Positions 35,875 through 36,805 of a DNA stretch of 36,805 nt are shown here, piece after piece; positions within the stretch are counted from its first letter, which is position 1; each line of letters starts with the position of its first letter. The notes beneath the pieces were generated by a model. The model saw nothing but the letters and a program-made list of their open reading frames with translations, did no database searches and had not been told where the DNA came from. Source of the DNA: Octopus bimaculoides (lineage: Eukaryota); NCBI RefSeq assembly GCF_001194135.2, contig NC_068982.1, positions 30,363,741-30,400,545 on the forward strand. Reading direction: 5' to 3'. Both the position numbers and the translations under genes were made by a program.

Positions 35875-36223
35875 NNNNNNNNNNNNNNNNNNNNNNNNNN
35901 NNNNNNNNNNNNNNNNNNNNNNNNNNNNNNNNNNNNNNNNNNNNNNNNNNNNNNNNNNNNNNNNNNNNNNNNNNNNNNNNNNNNNNNNNNNNNNNNNNNN
36001 NNNNNNNNNNNNNNNNNNNNNNNNNNNNNNNNNNNNNNNNNNNNNNNNNNNNNNNNNNNNNNNNNNNNNNNNNNNNNNNNNNNNNNNNNNNNNNNNNNNN
36101 NNNNNNNNNNNNNNNNNNNNNNNNNNNNNNNNNNNNNNNNNNNNNNNNNNNNNNNNNNNNNNNNNNNNNNNNNNNNNNNNNNNNNNNNNNNNNNNNNNNN
36201 NNNNNNNNNNNNNNNNNNNNNNN
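35875..36223. other. Assembly gap (349 N)
   Basis: Run of N. Confidence 1.
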
Positions 36224-36286
36224 ATATATATATATATACACATATATATATACATATACATAAATGTGTGTGTGTGTGTGTTTGAA

Positions 36287-36442
36287 CGTCATCATCATTT
36301 AACATCTGTTTTCCATGCTGGCATGGGTTGGACAGTTTGACTGAGGTCTGGAAAGCCAGTGGCTGCATCAGGCTCCAATCTCATCGGGCAATGTTTCTAC
36401 AGCTGGCCGTCCTTCCTAATGCCAACCATTTCAAGAGTGTAG
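36287..36442 (-). mobile_element. Family-C copy
   Basis: CATCATCATTTAACATCTGTTTTCCATGCTGGCATGGGTTGGAC...CCTTCCTAATGCCAACC. Confidence 0.82.
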
Positions 36443-36473
36443 TTAAAAATAATGTTCCCTTTTTTTAACTACA

Positions 36474-36805
36474 TCAGTCCCACTGCGTGGCATCTTGGGC
36501 AAGTGCCTTCTACTATAGCCTCGGGCCGACCAATGCCTTGTGAGTGGATTTGGTAGACGGAAACTGAAAGAAGCCCGTCGTATATGTGTATATATATGTA
36601 TATGTGTATGTGTGTGTGTGTGTTTGTATGTCTGTGTTTGTCCCCCCAACATCGCTTGACAACCGATGCTGGTGTGTTTATGTCCCCGTAACTTAGTGGT
36701 TCGGCAAAAGAGACCGATAGAATAAGTACTAGGCTTCCAAAGAATAAGTCCTGGGGTCGATTTCTTCGACTAAAGGCGGTGCTCCAGCATGGCCGCAGTC
36801 AAAAG
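36474..36805 (+). mobile_element. Young family-A SINE, 5'-clipped, running to the window end
   Basis: CAGTCCCACTGCGTGGCATCTTGGGCAAGTG...GGCGGTGCTCCAGCATGGCCGCAGTC, CpG-rich. Confidence 0.88.

Noticed and set aside
33075-36805. Next DDX49 exon (GLDIP...HRVGRTAR)
   Set aside because: Not found in any frame; it lies beyond the window or in a gap.

Overview
This is AT-rich animal genomic DNA from a gapped assembly, with N runs at 18149-18726, 33211-33220 and 35875-36223. The repeat families and (TA)n/(CAT)n/(AAT)n tails strongly suggest a cephalopod, probably Octopus; this rests on my recognition of the repeats, not a database match. The only host coding sequence I can support is two + strand exons of the DEAD-box RNA helicase DDX49 (Dbp8 orthologue): 10525-10665 (helicase motif IV, IFTNT) and 32922-33074 (motif V, IATDVASR). 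They splice in frame across a 22,256-bp GT-AG intron. The rest of the window is intronic and dense with transposon fossils: three RTE-type LINE fragments, a dead mariner transposase, several tRNA-derived SINE families, hAT, piggyBac-like and mariner MITEs, and a Helentron-associated (DINE-1/HINE-like) element. Nearly all ORFs in the supplied track are microsatellite, repeat or gap artefacts. I found no convincing new protein-coding system. The best leads are structural: SINE-internal microsatellites acting as landing pads for other elements, SINE 3'-tail swapping, a palindromic higher-order minisatellite near the first exon, and inverted repeats bracketing two symmetric exons. Coordinates of degraded repeats are approximate (about +/-20 bp); exon and TSD coordinates were counted directly.
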